Shown: piece after piece, positions 39,079 through 41,720 of the stretch
Position numbering within the stretch: the stretch's first letter is position 1
How the letters are laid out: each line of letters opens with the position of its first letter
IMG/VR virus record: IMGVR_UViG_2923360383_000008
Reading direction: 5' to 3' (one strand)
Source of the DNA: a virus
Lineage: Duplodnaviria; Heunggongvirae; Uroviricota; Caudoviricetes
DNA: 41,720 nt
Made by a program: the position numbers and the translations under genes
The notes under the pieces: model-generated
Told to the model about the DNA's origin: nothing
Databases searched by the model: none
What the model saw: the letters and a program-made list of their open reading frames with translations, nothing else

Positions 39079-41139
39079 ATGGCAGTACAGATTTCAGGCG
39101 TGCTGAAAGACGGTGCAGGAAAACCGATACAGAACTGCACCATTCAGCTCAAAGCAAAACGTAACAGCACCACGGTTGTGGTGAACACGGTGGCCTCAGA
39201 AAATCCGGATGAAGCCGGACGTTACAGCATGGATGTCGAGTATGGCCAGTACAGCGTTATCCTGCTGGTTGAAGGTTTTCCGCCTTCACATGCCGGGGCC
39301 ATCACCGTGTATGAGGATTCTAAGCCGGGGACATTGAATGATTTTCTGGGCGCTGCAACAGAAGATGATGTTCGTCCGGAGGCACTGTATCGTTTTGAAA
39401 AGATGGTGGAAGAGGTGGCACGCAACGCTGAAGCCGCCTCTCAGAGCGCAGCGGCAGCAAAGAAATCAGAAACAGCAGCGGCATCGTCCAGGAATGCGGC
39501 GAAAACATCAGAGACGAATGCAGGTAACAGCGCGAAAGCGGCAGCTTCTTCAAAAACAGCCGCACAAAACGCAGCAACAGCGGCAGAACGTTCAGAGACA
39601 AATGCCCGTGCGTCAGAAGAAGCCTCCGCAGACAGTGAAGAGGCTTCCCGCCGTAATGCAGAGTCAGCCGCTGAAAATGCCGGAGTCGCCACCACAAAAG
39701 CGCGGGAGGCCGCAGCAGACGCAACAAAGGCCGGGCAGAAAAAGGATGAGGCTCTGTCGGCAGCGACACGGGCTGAAAAGGCGGCAGACCGCGCAGAAGT
39801 CGCAGCGGAAGTGACTGCAGAGCCCTATGCGAATATAGTGCCGCCGCTGCCTGATGTGTGGATACCGTTTAACGATTCACTGGATATGATTGCGGGTTTT
39901 TCTCCGGGCTATAAAAAAATAGCTATTGGTGACGATGTGGTTCAGGTCGCCAGTGATAAACAGGTTAATTTCAGTCGCGCATCAACGGCAACATATATCA
40001 ACAAATCTGGCGAACTGAAAACGGCGGAAATTAATGAGCCGCGATTTGAGTGTGATGGCCTGCTTATTGAGGGACAAAGAACGAACTACATGCTCAATTC
40101 GGAAAGTCCAGCCAGCTGGGGGAAGTCATCAAACATGGATGTGCCCGAAACCGGGACAGATAGTTTTGGTTTTACTTATGGAAAGTTTGTCTGCAACGAT
40201 TCTCTGGTTGGGCAAACTTCGGCTATTAATATGGCATCAATTGCTGCAACAAAGTCAGTTGATGTCTCAGGCGATAACAAGTACGTGACAACCTCATGCC
40301 GTTTTAAAACAGAACGACAGGTAAGGTTACGTATACGGTTTGATAAGTATGATGGTAGTGCAACAACTTTTCTTGGCGATGCGTACATTGATACGCAAAC
40401 GCTTGAAATTAATATGACAGGTGGGGCTGCCGGCAGAATTACGGCACGAGTCAGGAAGGATAAGACCACAGGCTGGATTTTTGCAGAGGCAACGATTCAG
40501 GCAATTGATGGTGAGTTAAAAATAGGCTCTCAGATACAGTATTCTCCTGAGCGGGGTGGGGCAACAGTATCTGGTGACTATATTTATCTTGCCACCCCAC
40601 AAGTAGAGAATGGGCCGTGTGTATCATCATTTATTATTTCAGGAGGCAGCGCAACGACAAGAGCCAGTGATTTGGTTAGTATCCCCACCAGAAATAATCT
40701 TTATAAGTTACCATTTACTTTTTTACTTGAGATTCATAAAAACTGGGATATTGCACCAAACGCCGCACCCCGCGTGTGGGATATAGCAGCAGCCAATACC
40801 GGGCAATCAGCAATTGCAGCAATCAACAGAGGTAGTGGTAAGTTATATATGAGTCTGTCAAACCCTTCAGGCTTGTATGTTAATAGCGCAGCGACAGATG
40901 TATTTGCAGAGAAAACCACATTTGGATGTATTGCAAAAGCTGATGGTCACTTTCATGTGGTGACAAATGGTAAAGCGGTTAATGAAGTTTATTGTGAATA
41001 TAATGGTGTGACCGCTGATAAAAATATCCGATTTGGAGGGCAGACGAATACTGGAGAACGACATCTGTTTGGCCATATTCGCAATTTCCGCATATGGCAT
41101 AAAGAATTAAATGACAGGCAATTAAAAGAGGTCGTATGA
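39079..41139 (+). CDS. stf: Side tail fibre protein, chimeric (lambda Stf-like N-terminus, distinct C-terminal domain)
   Basis: First ~100 aa MAVQISGVLKDGAGKPIQNCTIQLKAKRNSTTVVVNTVASENPDEAGRYSMDVEYGQYSV... match lambda Stf; then Ala/Ser/Glu-rich repeats (SETNA motif x3); C-terminal ~440 aa unrelated to lambda Stf and ending HLFGHIRNFRIWHKELNDRQLKEVV. Confidence 0.75.
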   Translation: MAVQISGVLKDGAGKPIQNCTIQLKAKRNSTTVVVNTVASENPDEAGRYSMDVEYGQYSVILLVEGFPPSHAGAITVYEDSKPGTLNDFLGAATEDDVRPEALYRFEKMVEEVARNAEAASQSAAAAKKSETAAASSRNAAKTSETNAGNSAKAAASSKTAAQNAATAAERSETNARASEEASADSEEASRRNAESAAENAGVATTKAREAAADATKAGQKKDEALSAATRAEKAADRAEVAAEVTAEPYANIVPPLPDVWIPFNDSLDMIAGFSPGYKKIAIGDDVVQVASDKQVNFSRASTATYINKSGELKTAEINEPRFECDGLLIEGQRTNYMLNSESPASWGKSSNMDVPETGTDSFGFTYGKFVCNDSLVGQTSAINMASIAATKSVDVSGDNKYVTTSCRFKTERQVRLRIRFDKYDGSATTFLGDAYIDTQTLEINMTGGAAGRITARVRKDKTTGWIFAEATIQAIDGELKIGSQIQYSPERGGATVSGDYIYLATPQVENGPCVSSFIISGGSATTRASDLVSIPTRNNLYKLPFTFLLEIHKNWDIAPNAAPRVWDIAAANTGQSAIAAINRGSGKLYMSLSNPSGLYVNSAATDVFAEKTTFGCIAKADGHFHVVTNGKAVNEVYCEYNGVTADKNIRFGGQTNTGERHLFGHIRNFRIWHKELNDRQLKEVV

Positions 41140-41414
41140 AAGATTTAACTTTGAAGTTTCATGACAAACTGCAGTTTAAGGCCTTCCTGTCATCTCTTGA
41201 CTGGGAGGAGGATGAAGACCTCCAGAATAAACTGTTAGTCGATGAAATTGGTTTCACCTACACAGAAACAGGGGTAACAGAAGAGGGAGAACCTGTCTGT
41301 GTCCGGAATGACGGTTATTTTGTCAACATTCGCATTCTTGATGACTTGTTTGATGTTTCTGTATTCTCTGATTATGTCGTGGAGCTGGAAACACCGCTTC
41401 GGGAATGGAGCTGA
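41136..41414 (+). CDS. Hypothetical acidic protein coupled to tail fibre gene (possible fibre chaperone/accessory)
   Basis: 92 aa; ATGA overlap with stf stop; not lambda Tfa-like. Confidence 0.45.
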   Translation: MKDLTLKFHDKLQFKAFLSSLDWEEDEDLQNKLLVDEIGFTYTETGVTEEGEPVCVRNDGYFVNIRILDDLFDVSVFSDYVVELETPLREWS

Positions 41415-41426
41415 AAGGAGGAAATA

Positions 41427-41720
41427 ATGGATATAAGCCCCTTACTTCATGCGCTTTGTGCTGTGGCTGCGCAGATACTGGTTGGTCTTTTTACCGGAAA
41501 CTGGGCTTACGGAGCGATAGCCGGTTGTACGTTCTTCATTGCGCGTGAACATACCCAGGCAGAATATCGCTGGATTGAAATGTTCGGGCATGGCAAGCGA
41601 ATGAATATGCCGTGGTGGGGCGGTTTTGATCCGCGAGCTTGGGATGTGGCAAGCCTGATGGATTTTGCTGTGCCGGTGGTGGCGTGTCTGCTGGTCTGGC
41701 TGTTGGTTAATCGTGGGTGA
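41427..41720 (+). CDS. Hypothetical small membrane protein
   Basis: 97 aa with hydrophobic segments at both ends (AVAAQILVGLFTGNWAYGAIAGCTFFIA; VPVVACLLVWLLV); RBS AGGAGG; stop is the last codon of the window. Confidence 0.45.
   Translation: MDISPLLHALCAVAAQILVGLFTGNWAYGAIAGCTFFIAREHTQAEYRWIEMFGHGKRMNMPWWGGFDPRAWDVASLMDFAVPVVACLLVWLLVNRG

Noticed and set aside
39320-39814. Overlapping ORFs in three frames (39320..39769 -, 39338..39814 +, 39441..39695 -) and repeats that might suggest a CRISPR-like array
   Set aside because: They fall inside the Ala/Ser/Glu-rich repeat region of the side tail fibre gene; the repeats are imperfect, in-frame coding repeats without spacer structure.

Overview
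The window is essentially one contiguous lambdoid (lambda-like, mosaic) prophage of an enterobacterial, E. coli-type host. It runs from the integrase gene at the left edge to beyond the side tail fibre, with no host flank, att site, tRNA, rRNA or CRISPR array inside the window. Gene order follows the lambda map: int-xis, the leftward early operon (exo, bet, gam, kil, cIII, ea10, ral) with rightward sieB, an N-like antiterminator, pL/oL, the immunity region (cI, pR/oR, cro, cII), replication genes O (with ori iterons) and P, ren, a nin region carrying a Dam-like methyltransferase and rusA, a Q-like late antiterminator, an antisense OmpC-type porin, a pinholin/SAR-endolysin/Rz/Rz1 lysis cassette, bor, a TonB-C-domain lipoprotein, cos, and the head and tail genes nu1 through J followed by a chimeric side tail fibre. 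Protein identities are by recollection of lambda and relatives, not database search. The most interesting points are: (1) an AT-rich two-gene operon of unrecognisable proteins sitting in the rexA/rexB slot downstream of cI, a candidate novel exclusion or abortive-infection system; (2) a perfect 32-bp tandem duplication that frameshifts the head protease/scaffold gene C; (3) a lipoprotein with a TonB C-terminal-like domain; (4) a side tail fibre with a lambda-like N-terminus and an unrelated AT-rich C-terminal domain plus two unknown downstream genes; (5) a hybrid cI (non-lambda DNA-binding domain, lambda C-terminal domain) with matching operator and nut motifs.
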